This document shows, piece after piece, positions 48,307 through 57,204 of a stretch of DNA of 64,000 bases. A model generated the notes under the pieces. It made no database searches. It worked only from the letters and a program-made list of their open reading frames with translations, and was not told the origin of the DNA. Each line of letters opens with the position of its first letter. Position 1 is the stretch's first letter. This DNA comes from Methylobacter sp. (GTDB lineage: Bacteria; Pseudomonadota; Gammaproteobacteria; Methylococcales; Methylomonadaceae): assembly GCA_030653175.1 (NCBI GenBank), contig JAURZV010000047.1:8819-72818 (forward strand). Direction: 5' to 3'. A program made the position numbers and the translations under genes.

Positions 48307-49563
48307 CTACTCATCAATAGGCTTTAATTGATAATCCTGCTGCTGGGTTTTCCAGGAAAGATATATCTTCTGCCCGTCACTGACCAAAAATGGCTGATCG
48401 CCGGACTGGACGGTTTGGGCAATCACTTCCGGCTTCGACCGGCTTTTGCCGTCGTCGGCGGATTTGATCAGCTTGATAACATTGTTGGTGCCGTCGAACT
48501 CCTGCCAAACCACATTGACCCGTGCTCCTAAAGCCAGCACATGCGGATGGCCTGCGCCTTCCTTGCCGAAATTAACCGGCGTGGAAAAATGCCGCCCGGA
48601 ATCGGTCGAGTAGGCATAAAACAGTCCCTGACTGGTGGGCGAATTGCTGAACCATACCGCATGATAAATGCCGGAATCGGAAATTGACAGGCCGGGGCCG
48701 TGATGCGGACAGGCATCGATTTTCCAGTTATCCTGACCTAAACGGTGGGTATCGCCGGGGGTATTCCAATCGTTGAATTTAACCAGTGCGTGATCGCGGA
48801 TGCCGCCTTCAAAAACATGCCGCCAGGTGATGACCGGCGTATTGTCAGGCGCTATTGCAGTATCCAATCGGCAGCACTGACAGGTATGGGTGGCGATTCT
48901 TTTATTGGGATAAAAATGCTGTCCGCCATCGTCCGACCAGCTGTAATACAGCGAAGAGCCCTCAAATTTTTTGCCTGCTTTTTTTGCTTCTTCAACATCG
49001 CGGGCATCCAGCCAGGCAATAAAGATTTCGCCGTTCTTGCCGATCGCCATGCTGTCGAAGCGATGACTGATAATGTCCGGATTATCATTAACAGTAACCG
49101 GAGTGGAAAAATGCTGTCCGCCGTCAGTCGAACGGCTAAAGCGGATGTGACCGCTATGACGGCCTTCCAGCTTCAATGTCCAAGTCAAATAAATATTGCC
49201 CTTTGCATCCGGCTTTATTTTCGGGCGATATTCGCCTTTGGCTTCTATTTTTTCGGCGACGGCATTGACCATCACCGGCGCGGTAAAGCTGAGCCCCTTA
49301 TCGTCCGATGATTGCACATAAACGTGATCATTATTCATCCAGGCAATCCATAGCACGCCCTTGCTGTCGAACGCGGCGCTTATCGTTTCGGCGCATATGT
49401 TGGCTGGCGGCGCCTTGGAATCAGCGCAAGCGCTTTTTGCTGCTGCCGAGTGATGATGTGCGTGCTGTTGTTGGGCATCGTCTGCGAGTTTTACAGTCGT
49501 GTCATTTGCACAGCCGGAGACTGCCAGCGTTGCAAGAAATAGAAAAGAAGTAAGGGATTTCAT
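48307..49563 (-). CDS. BNR/Asp-box repeat beta-propeller lipoprotein with a His/Cys-rich N-terminal linker
   Basis: Lipobox LAVSGC followed by the linker DDAQQQHAHHHSAAAKSACADSKAPPANICAE. There are five Asp-box-like repeats: SDDKGLSF, STDGGQHF, SDDGGQHF, STDSGRHF and SADDGKS. Confidence 0.75.
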   Translation of the reverse strand: MKSLTSFLFLATLAVSGCANDTTVKLADDAQQQHAHHHSAAAKSACADSKAPPANICAETISAAFDSKGVLWIAWMNNDHVYVQSSDDKGLSFTAPVMVNAVAEKIEAKGEYRPKIKPDAKGNIYLTWTLKLEGRHSGHIRFSRSTDGGQHFSTPVTVNDNPDIISHRFDSMAIGKNGEIFIAWLDARDVEEAKKAGKKFEGSSLYYSWSDDGGQHFYPNKRIATHTCQCCRLDTAIAPDNTPVITWRHVFEGGIRDHALVKFNDWNTPGDTHRLGQDNWKIDACPHHGPGLSISDSGIYHAVWFSNSPTSQGLFYAYSTDSGRHFSTPVNFGKEGAGHPHVLALGARVNVVWQEFDGTNNVIKLIKSADDGKSRSKPEVIAQTVQSGDQPFLVSDGQKIYLSWKTQQQDYQLKPIDE

Positions 49564-49587
49564 AATAATGCCTAAGAAATATGGGTA

Positions 49588-49648
49588 GGGTGGGCAAACG
49601 TCTTTTTGTTTGCCCACCGCTTCTGGTGGGCAGATAAAGCCTGCCCAC
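49588..49648. repeat. Tandem pair of GGTGGGCA-family REP hairpins
   Basis: GGGTGGGCAAACG..TTTGCCCACC (49588-49618) and GGTGGGCAGATAAAGCCTGCCCAC (49625-49648) lie between the TBDR stop and the BNR start. Confidence 0.8.
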
Positions 49649-49656
49649 TACAATGC

Positions 49657-52101
49657 TTAATAATTATACTTCAACTCGGCAAAATAAGTGCGTGAAGGGA
49701 AAGGGTGAAATAACCAGACTTCCTGATTGCTGACGTTATCAATACCCGCAGAAGCGCTGACTTGCTTGGTGATTTGATATTTGGTGCGCAAATCGACAAT
49801 GAAGTAAGCGGTACCGCCCGATCCAGAAGTTCCGGGATTGATATCGCTGTTGTTCAATTGGCTAAACTGCGGGCTACTGTAACGGCCGCTTACCGAGGTG
49901 GTCAACTTGTCGGTCGGACGATAGGCAATGGTTGCGCTGGCGCGCCACTCGGGAACCCTGGGCTGGCGTTTGCCGGTTGAAGGCTGGTTGGCGTAAGGGT
50001 TGGCGGCAGTAACCGCCGTAGCAGCGGCAGCCGCATCTCCAGCAGCGTTCTCGGTAATTCTGGAATCAGCCCAAGTGGCGCTACCGGAAAGGTCAATGCC
50101 CTGTATGCCTACATCGCTGGCTTCGCCTGCAAATTCGACACCGTAAGTTTGAGTTTCGCCGACATTTTGAATTGTACTGGCAGTACCTCCAGTGGGTAAA
50201 AAGCCTTGCTGCGTAAAAATGGCATCCTTTACCCGCTCCTGAAATAAGCTAAGCCGCAATTTGCCCTGATCCAGAAAGTATTCGCCGGACAGCTCGGAAG
50301 ACAGCGCTTCTTCGGGTTTAAGGTTGGGATTTCCATTGATAAGGCTAATAGGGGCAGTAGTCGTAGTTGCAGTTTGAAACAACTCTGTCACGGTAGGAAA
50401 GCGATAGGCCTGGCCGACGGACAAGCCTGTTTGTACTCGATCCAAAGGCTTCCAGGTCAACTTGGCCTTGGGCGAAAATTGCAGGTCATTGCGGTCTGCC
50501 TGATTGATCGACTTGAGTGTGGCGGGAGTGCCTGCTAAAGCAGCATTATAGCCATCGAAAGCATGCCAGTTTTCCAGGCGGCCGCCCAGCGTCAGGTTCC
50601 AGTCTTTAGTAAAGTCCCAGGCATCCTGTAGCCAATAGCCTTCGGTTTGGGTCTTGCCTTGCGAATCGGATCTAATACTGCCAACGGTGCTGGTTTGCCA
50701 GTTGCTAACGGTATATTGCGGATTATCCAGATTATATAAGTCGTGGTGAAAACCGAAGCTGACCTCATGCTTGCCCAGCAGATCGACGCCGGGGCGCCAT
50801 ATACCCTTGGCATCGGCGGTTTGCCAGCCGGTTCCGGTCAAGCTGGTAACTGTGCCTGTACCGTTGTTAGCGGCTTGCGCAGGCGTTTGTGTCGATGTGC
50901 GGCTAAGATCCTCGCCGTATTCGACCACGCTGCCTGCCAAATCCCAGTCGAATACGCCGCCGGTGTCGGATTTTAGATTCATGCCATGCGACCAGTGCAT
51001 TTGTTCTGCCCTGGTTTCTGCAAAACTGGCAGCATAGACATTTCCACCCATTTTAACGTTGCCGCTATTTACTACAGCGCCGGTATTGGCATTGCGCAGA
51101 AAACTGTTAAAACCGGCCTTATTGTCGTTCTGCCATAGTCCCAGCGTATAGGCCGCATGGATGGTCGGGGTGAGGTCATAGCCGAATTTCCATTTGAAGT
51201 TATCCTGCACGGTGTGATTGAGCGCAGACTCGCCCAGCACTTGCGCGGGAACACCCGCCCCATTCAAGTTGGCAACCGCTCCTGTTACATCCGTCGCCGC
51301 AGTTAAAGCAGCAGTTTTGGCAGCAGCAGTAGCGTAAGTCGTTGCAATAGGATTCACATAGGAGATAGGCTGGCTATGACTATCCAGATGGCTCACATCA
51401 AAACGAAATGACAGGTCTTTGTAACGATCACCGACATTAAAAGAATATTCCTGTGAGTCATAAGTCTTTTTCTTGCCATAAAAACCAAAATCCTGCCAAG
51501 CCGATTTTATTTCGCCGCCGGCCTCAAACTTTTCCGGCATACGCGTAGTGATGTCAATCACGCCGCCGATCGAATTGCCTGAATACGCCGCTGAAAAAGG
51601 CCCATACATCACATCAACCCGTTCAATTTCCGAGGGCGACACCATATTCCAGCGCGGCGCACCGGTGGGGCCGTTATTATTACCAAGCAGGGAAGACAGT
51701 ATGATGCCATCGGCATAAATCAGGCCGCGGGCGCTGGCGGCTGTACCCGAAGTGCGCCAGCCCACCGGTGCACCGGTGTCGCCGATATAGCGTTTACGCA
51801 CTTGAATGCTGGGCAAATATTTAATCGTATCCTCGGCATTCATGGAATTGATGGTGTTATCGATTTTTTCGCGGGTGACGCTTTCTGTCGTCGTCGGCAG
51901 CTTGTATCTTTCCTTGGCAGTCGGCTTTATTTTCTCGGTTACCGTCATGTCTGCCATCACCGCTTTGGATTTATCCGCGGGGGCTTTTTTTCCGTTAACA
52001 TTTTGCCTGGTTTCGGCCGTAGCGAGCGGGGTTGCTAATATCAGCAAGCAGATCAAAGCCCGTCTGGAGTTGAGCGGATAAGGCGGTTTGGAATGTGTCA
52101 T
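49657..52101 (-). CDS. TonB-dependent receptor (downstream paralogue)
   Basis: 814 aa with a signal peptide, a TonB-box-like DMTVTE, a plug domain (RVDVMYGPFSAAYSGNSIGGVIDITT) and a 22-strand-type barrel ending YFAELKYNY. An AGGAGG Shine-Dalgarno sequence is present. Confidence 0.9.
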   Translation of the reverse strand: MTHSKPPYPLNSRRALICLLILATPLATAETRQNVNGKKAPADKSKAVMADMTVTEKIKPTAKERYKLPTTTESVTREKIDNTINSMNAEDTIKYLPSIQVRKRYIGDTGAPVGWRTSGTAASARGLIYADGIILSSLLGNNNGPTGAPRWNMVSPSEIERVDVMYGPFSAAYSGNSIGGVIDITTRMPEKFEAGGEIKSAWQDFGFYGKKKTYDSQEYSFNVGDRYKDLSFRFDVSHLDSHSQPISYVNPIATTYATAAAKTAALTAATDVTGAVANLNGAGVPAQVLGESALNHTVQDNFKWKFGYDLTPTIHAAYTLGLWQNDNKAGFNSFLRNANTGAVVNSGNVKMGGNVYAASFAETRAEQMHWSHGMNLKSDTGGVFDWDLAGSVVEYGEDLSRTSTQTPAQAANNGTGTVTSLTGTGWQTADAKGIWRPGVDLLGKHEVSFGFHHDLYNLDNPQYTVSNWQTSTVGSIRSDSQGKTQTEGYWLQDAWDFTKDWNLTLGGRLENWHAFDGYNAALAGTPATLKSINQADRNDLQFSPKAKLTWKPLDRVQTGLSVGQAYRFPTVTELFQTATTTTAPISLINGNPNLKPEEALSSELSGEYFLDQGKLRLSLFQERVKDAIFTQQGFLPTGGTASTIQNVGETQTYGVEFAGEASDVGIQGIDLSGSATWADSRITENAAGDAAAAATAVTAANPYANQPSTGKRQPRVPEWRASATIAYRPTDKLTTSVSGRYSSPQFSQLNNSDINPGTSGSGGTAYFIVDLRTKYQITKQVSASAGIDNVSNQEVWLFHPFPSRTYFAELKYNY

Positions 52102-52135
52102 AGAGTCCTCCTAAAAAATTATTATTATAAGTAGC

Positions 52136-52164
52136 GCTTAAAAGCAGCACATCCCTGTGCCGCT
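52136..52164 (-). terminator. Intrinsic terminator between the two TonB-dependent receptor genes
   Basis: On the minus-strand RNA, GCGGCACA-GGGA-UGUGCUGC (one G-U pair) is followed by UUUUAAG, 26 nt after the upstream receptor stop. Confidence 0.55.
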
Positions 52165-52189
52165 CAAAAAACTATGTGATACGTTTCGG

Positions 52190-54553
52190 TTAATATTTCA
52201 GCGACGCACTAACAAAATAAGTGCGTTGCGGGTAAGGATGATTTTCAAAGGCATTGGCATCAAAAACGTTATCGATCCCCGCTGAGATGGTGCTTTTCAG
52301 TTTTGGGTTAATCGGCAATTGATAAGAGGTTTTTAAATCGACAAAGGTAGATTCATCGGTACCCCCCATAACATTTGCCGCGGTGTCGGTGTTAGCCAAA
52401 GTTTGAAACGAGTCGCTGCGATAACGGACGCCTACTGACGCTGCCCATGGCTGTGTAATATGGTAAGTTGCCGAGCCGTTGATTTGCAGTTGGGGCAGGC
52501 GATCCCACTCTTTGCCGGTGTAGTTGATGCTGTTAGTTCCGATAGGGTTATGCTTGGTGATCTGTTTATTCATGATCGTGGTATTCGCCATTAAATCCAC
52601 TGGCAGGTTAAACACCTCGTTCTGTTGAAAAGTCAGATCCACGCCAATGGCTTCTGTTTGATCAATCGGCTGAAAGGTTGTTGTAGTCTGGCCGTTAATG
52701 GTTACCTGAGTGCTGTTAATCTCATTGTTGATTCGATCAAAAAAGAAATTGGCGCGCAGATAACCTCTGGGAATATCGTATTGGGTCATGAAGTTATGGA
52801 AATAACCCGCCTCAGGCCCCAAGCCGGGAGCCGAAAAAGTTGCGCTGTTAAGCCTGGATAAGCTGGCGAACATTTCTTCGGCAATCGGGAAACGATATGC
52901 TTTGGAAAACGAATAGCGGAAAGTCCAGTTGTCGGGCGAATATTCCAGCGACGCTTTAGGCGAAATGCGGGAGGCATCGCGATCGGCATAGTTTTGAATA
53001 TTGTTTGTCGCGCCAAAAGTATGCACATGACCGTCAATCGCTTGCCAATGGTCAAATCGTCCTCCGGCCATTACGCTCCAGTCGGGCAGAAACCGCCATT
53101 CCAACTGCGAAAAAGCGCTGTTGGTTTGAGTTGCGCCGCCGCTGTCGCTTCTTTTAATATCGGCAGTTCCGGCCTTATAGTTATTGCTGTCGTAAACATC
53201 CAGGTTCAGGCTGGCGTGATTAAACTGATAGCCGCCCATAAAGGACAAATCATCCCTGCCCATAAATTTGTCGGTCGCCAACTTCAGGTCGTAAGTGGCC
53301 CACCAGGGTTTTTCATCGGAAACCTGGCCTTTGTTTTGGCTTAGCGGATGGTTGGGATTGAGATTTGAACTGATGGTTCTGTCCTTGAACGCGTCGTAAT
53401 AACTGGCGGTCGTATCGATGCTCCAGTTATCCGAGATTTTGCCTTTTAAACCCAAGCCATAGTTTAGCGCCTGGCGCTCCGAGTCGCTGACCGAGAAAAC
53501 CGAACCTGGAACGGCAAACCGTTTCCCGCCGGCTGTTCTGTAGTTTTGACTGGCTGACAGTCCTGCAGCGGTGGCTCCTCCCCATACTTTATTGCCTGCC
53601 GCATCCCTTAATAAACTGTTCGGGTCGTCAACTTTTCCTACGCGATCTTCGTAGGCAATGGTAAAACGCCCTTGCAGCTCTTCGGTAAAGTCATAAGCGA
53701 ATTTGGCCTTGAACAGATCCGTCGTTTGCTGGGCAACGCCGTTGTCGCCGTAGGCAATCGCCGGGGCTTCGGTCGTTGTCTGGTAACCCTCGCCTCCGGT
53801 CACTGCGGTTCCGCCTGCTGCCGTAGTTAAAGCGGCGGCATTGATGGTCTGCGGCTGCCCCTCGTTTTCAAAACGGTTATAAGAGGCCCAAACGCTGAAC
53901 TTATCGATCCGGTCGCCTGCCGAAATAAAGGTTTTATAACCCATTAACGTTTCATTCCGCCCCGACCGATGGACATCCTGAAACATGCCGGTGGCATCCA
54001 TTTGGGCTTCGAATTTTTCCGGCATTTTAGTGTTCAGGTTAATCACACCGCCCATCGAATTGCCGCTGTATTGCGACGAAAACGGGCCGTAAAGCACTTC
54101 CGCCGAGTCGATTTCGCTGGGCGACACCATCGACCATCTGGGCGCTCCGCTGAAGGTAGTACGCAACGGATTGTGCAATGGCATCCCATCGGCATAAACC
54201 ATGCTGTGCGCAGTTTGGAACGAATTTGAGCTGCGTATGCCCAAAGTGCCGTTCGGATCACCCATAAACCGTTTGCGGATCAATACGCCTGGAGCATATC
54301 TGATAGTATCCTCAACCGTTGTCGCATTAATTTTTGTTTTAACATCCGCTGCATCGATAGTATAGGTAGGTGTTGCCTTGGCGGTATCCGGAAACTTTCT
54401 ATCGGTCGTAGTGCCGTAGGTCACCATCTCCTCGCCCTGATATTTATCGCTTCTTGTCTGAGCTTGTTTATCTGTCTTTTTAGTCTTGGCGGGTTCGGCT
54501 GCAACTCCGCAGCCTAAATAAGTTATTCCCAGCAATAGTAGATACTTTTTCAT
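52190..54553 (-). CDS. TonB-dependent receptor (upstream paralogue)
   Basis: Signal peptide MKKYLLLLGITYLGCGVAA, plug domain (AEVLYGPFSSQYSGNSMGGVINLNT) and a barrel ending YFVSASLKY. The start is taken at the ATG at 54553. Confidence 0.9.
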   Translation of the reverse strand: MKKYLLLLGITYLGCGVAAEPAKTKKTDKQAQTRSDKYQGEEMVTYGTTTDRKFPDTAKATPTYTIDAADVKTKINATTVEDTIRYAPGVLIRKRFMGDPNGTLGIRSSNSFQTAHSMVYADGMPLHNPLRTTFSGAPRWSMVSPSEIDSAEVLYGPFSSQYSGNSMGGVINLNTKMPEKFEAQMDATGMFQDVHRSGRNETLMGYKTFISAGDRIDKFSVWASYNRFENEGQPQTINAAALTTAAGGTAVTGGEGYQTTTEAPAIAYGDNGVAQQTTDLFKAKFAYDFTEELQGRFTIAYEDRVGKVDDPNSLLRDAAGNKVWGGATAAGLSASQNYRTAGGKRFAVPGSVFSVSDSERQALNYGLGLKGKISDNWSIDTTASYYDAFKDRTISSNLNPNHPLSQNKGQVSDEKPWWATYDLKLATDKFMGRDDLSFMGGYQFNHASLNLDVYDSNNYKAGTADIKRSDSGGATQTNSAFSQLEWRFLPDWSVMAGGRFDHWQAIDGHVHTFGATNNIQNYADRDASRISPKASLEYSPDNWTFRYSFSKAYRFPIAEEMFASLSRLNSATFSAPGLGPEAGYFHNFMTQYDIPRGYLRANFFFDRINNEINSTQVTINGQTTTTFQPIDQTEAIGVDLTFQQNEVFNLPVDLMANTTIMNKQITKHNPIGTNSINYTGKEWDRLPQLQINGSATYHITQPWAASVGVRYRSDSFQTLANTDTAANVMGGTDESTFVDLKTSYQLPINPKLKSTISAGIDNVFDANAFENHPYPQRTYFVSASLKY

Positions 54554-55094
54554 TGTTTTAATTTTTATAGTCATGGGTAATCTGTTCATAACAGCACATT
54601 GCATGCCAAGCCACCAAGCTCATAGCAATACCGACTATCAGGACTACCGCACTTAACTTTTTAATTTATCGTAATCAATTGCTTACTCTTTAGTTGTGAA
54701 TTAATTTCCATTCTTCTTAATTTTAATGAGCTTGTCCTGTACGGACTATGCGTTTTTATCGGGGCTGTGTTTTAATGAAAGTGAGTCATATGACCTATTT
54801 TTAGTGTGTTAAATAACACAGTTTAATTAAATAACGACCTTAATCAGCTGGCTACTATGACTCTGTTTCCAAAAATATGGCTTTCTCTATATAAAAAGTA
54901 GCGCTATCTCCCATAAAATATTGATTGTATTCTTATCGGTTTTATTAAGCGGTCAATTTGATTTTGCCCGGAACCAATTGGCATGACTTGAGGGGTAGCC
55001 GTGTTTAAGGCGGCAAGAACTCTAACAAAACAATTTTAAAATCGGTTAAAATAATAAATTCTGACAATAATCCTGTAACGGGTTGATAGCTTTC

Positions 55095-56183
55095 ATGCAT
55101 ACAAAATATAACACTGATGACTTGAGAATTTGCGGGACTAAAGAAGTCATAGCCCCTGTTCAGGTTCATACTGAAATGCCGATTAGCGAGGCTGCGGCGC
55201 AAACGACTGCACTGGCCCGGCAGGACATCCACAAAATACTGACCGGTCTGGATGACCGGCTGGTCGTGGTGGTGGGCCCTTGCTCCATTCATGACCCGAT
55301 AGCCGCGCATGAATATGCCCGACTTTTGAAAGCGGTTAAAGATGAGTTAGCAGATGATCTGGTGATCGTGATGCGGGTCTATTTTGAGAAACCGCGCACC
55401 ACGGTGGGCTGGAAAGGCCTGATTAACGACCCTGACCTGGATTCCAGTTTTAATATCAACAAAGGCTTGCGCATAGCCAGACGCTTGTTGCTGGATGTGA
55501 ATGAAGCGGGCGTTCCGGCCGCAACCGAATACCTGGATTTAATCACGCCGCAATATGTTTCGGACCTGATCGCCTGGGGCGCAATCGGCGCCAGAACCAC
55601 CGAAAGTCAGGGACACCGTGAATTGGCTTCGGGCGTATCTTGCCCTGTCGGCTTTAAAAACTCCACCGATGGCACGATCAAAATCGCCATTGATGCGATA
55701 GGCGCGGCGATGAGCCCGCATCACTTTATCTCGCTGAACAAAGCCGGTCATTCGGCTATTTTCTCAACCACCGGAAATGAAGATGTGCATATCATTTTAA
55801 GAGGCGGCAATGATCGCCCTAATTATGATGCAGTCAGTGTGGAGCAGGTCGCTGAAGGCTTGGCGAATGCTGAGCTAAAGCCGAATATCATGATTGATTT
55901 CAGTCATGCCAATAGTTTGAAACAATGCCAGCGGCAATTGATAGTCGGCGATGATGTCGCCGGACAAATCGCCAACGGCGACCATCGAATTATGGGCGTG
56001 ATGATCGAGAGCCATCTTAAGGCAGGCAGTCAAAAGGTTGTTGATGGACAGCCGTTAGTCTACGGCCAAAGCATTACCGATGCCTGTTTGTCCTGGGATG
56101 ATACCGTTCCGTTGTTAAGAGAGCTGGCGCAAGCGGTACAAAAACGCAGAACCGTCGACACCAGCCGGAGTTTAAGCAAATGA
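55095..56183 (+). CDS. aroG: 3-deoxy-7-phosphoheptulonate (DAHP) synthase, class I
   Basis: [52 protein letters not shown]. Which isozyme this is (F/G/H) cannot be determined. Confidence 0.9.
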   Translation: MHTKYNTDDLRICGTKEVIAPVQVHTEMPISEAAAQTTALARQDIHKILTGLDDRLVVVVGPCSIHDPIAAHEYARLLKAVKDELADDLVIVMRVYFEKPRTTVGWKGLINDPDLDSSFNINKGLRIARRLLLDVNEAGVPAATEYLDLITPQYVSDLIAWGAIGARTTESQGHRELASGVSCPVGFKNSTDGTIKIAIDAIGAAMSPHHFISLNKAGHSAIFSTTGNEDVHIILRGGNDRPNYDAVSVEQVAEGLANAELKPNIMIDFSHANSLKQCQRQLIVGDDVAGQIANGDHRIMGVMIESHLKAGSQKVVDGQPLVYGQSITDACLSWDDTVPLLRELAQAVQKRRTVDTSRSLSK

Positions 56184-57157
56184 TAGTTTATGTTAACGGC
56201 GAAACCCGTGACTGCGCTGAAAACAGCCGGGTTGCCGATGTGGTTACCACCTTGGGGTTAACCGGCAAAAAAATTGCGATTGAATTGAATAAGGAAATTT
56301 TGCCGTTCCAGCAATACGATACCCAGGCGCTACAGGCCGGAGATCGCCTGGAAATTGTGCATGCGATTGGCGGCGGGCAGGATGATTCTTTCATGCTTGC
56401 CGGGGTAAAGTATCATTCAAGATTGCTGGTCGGCACCGGCAAATATAAGGATATGGAAGAAACCCGCCTGGCCATTGAGGCCAGCGGTGCGCAAATTGTA
56501 ACGGTGGCGATTCGCCGCACCAATATCGGCCAAAATCCGGGCGAGCCTAATTTGCTGGATGTCATTTCACCGGACAAATACACCATTCTGCCCAATACTG
56601 CCGGTTGCTATACCGCAGAAGATGCGGTAAGAACCTGTCGTTTGGGCAGAGAATTGCTCGGCGGCCACAAGCTAGTCAAGCTGGAAGTATTGGCCGACCA
56701 AAAAACCTTGTTTCCCGATGTGGCGGAAACGTATATAGCCGCCGAACTGCTGGTTAAAGACGGCTTTGATGTGATGGTGTACACCAATGACGACCCGATT
56801 GCCGCCAAAAGACTGGAAGATATCGGTTGCGTGGCGGTAATGCCGTTGGCCGCGCCGATCGGTTCGGGTTTGGGTGTGCGCAATCCCTATAACATTTTGA
56901 CTATCGTTGAAAATGCCAATGTACCCATTTTGGTCGATGCCGGTGTCGGTACGGCTTCCGATGCCGCCATTGCGATGGAGCTGGGTTGTGACGGGGTATT
57001 GATGAATACCGCGATTGCCGCCGCTAAAAATCCGATATTGATGGCTTCGGCCATGCGCAAAGGCATCGAAGCCGGCAGGGAAGCGTTTTTAGCGGGACGC
57101 ATGCCGCGCAGGCGTTTTGCTTCCGCATCATCGCCAATAGACGGTTTGTTTTTTTAA
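56180..57157 (+). CDS. thiG: In-frame ThiS-ThiG fusion (sulfur carrier plus thiazole synthase)
   Basis: Residues 1-66 are ThiS-like, ending HAIGGG (56375-56377). There is no stop codon. The linker QDDSF is followed by [25 protein letters not shown].., which is ThiG. The ATG overlaps the aroG stop (ATGA). Confidence 0.85.
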   Translation: MIVYVNGETRDCAENSRVADVVTTLGLTGKKIAIELNKEILPFQQYDTQALQAGDRLEIVHAIGGGQDDSFMLAGVKYHSRLLVGTGKYKDMEETRLAIEASGAQIVTVAIRRTNIGQNPGEPNLLDVISPDKYTILPNTAGCYTAEDAVRTCRLGRELLGGHKLVKLEVLADQKTLFPDVAETYIAAELLVKDGFDVMVYTNDDPIAAKRLEDIGCVAVMPLAAPIGSGLGVRNPYNILTIVENANVPILVDAGVGTASDAAIAMELGCDGVLMNTAIAAAKNPILMASAMRKGIEAGREAFLAGRMPRRRFASASSPIDGLFF

Positions 57158-57163
57158 TTTTGC

Positions 57164-57190
57164 AGGGGCGCCCGGCCGGGCGCCCTTTAT
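57164..57190 (+). terminator. GC-rich palindrome plus TTT after thiSG (related to the GTAGGGGCG REP family)
   Basis: AGGGGCGCCCGGCCGGGCGCCCTTTAT begins 7 nt after the thiG stop. Confidence 0.6.
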
Positions 57191-57204
57191 GACCCTTAGT
57201 TCTT

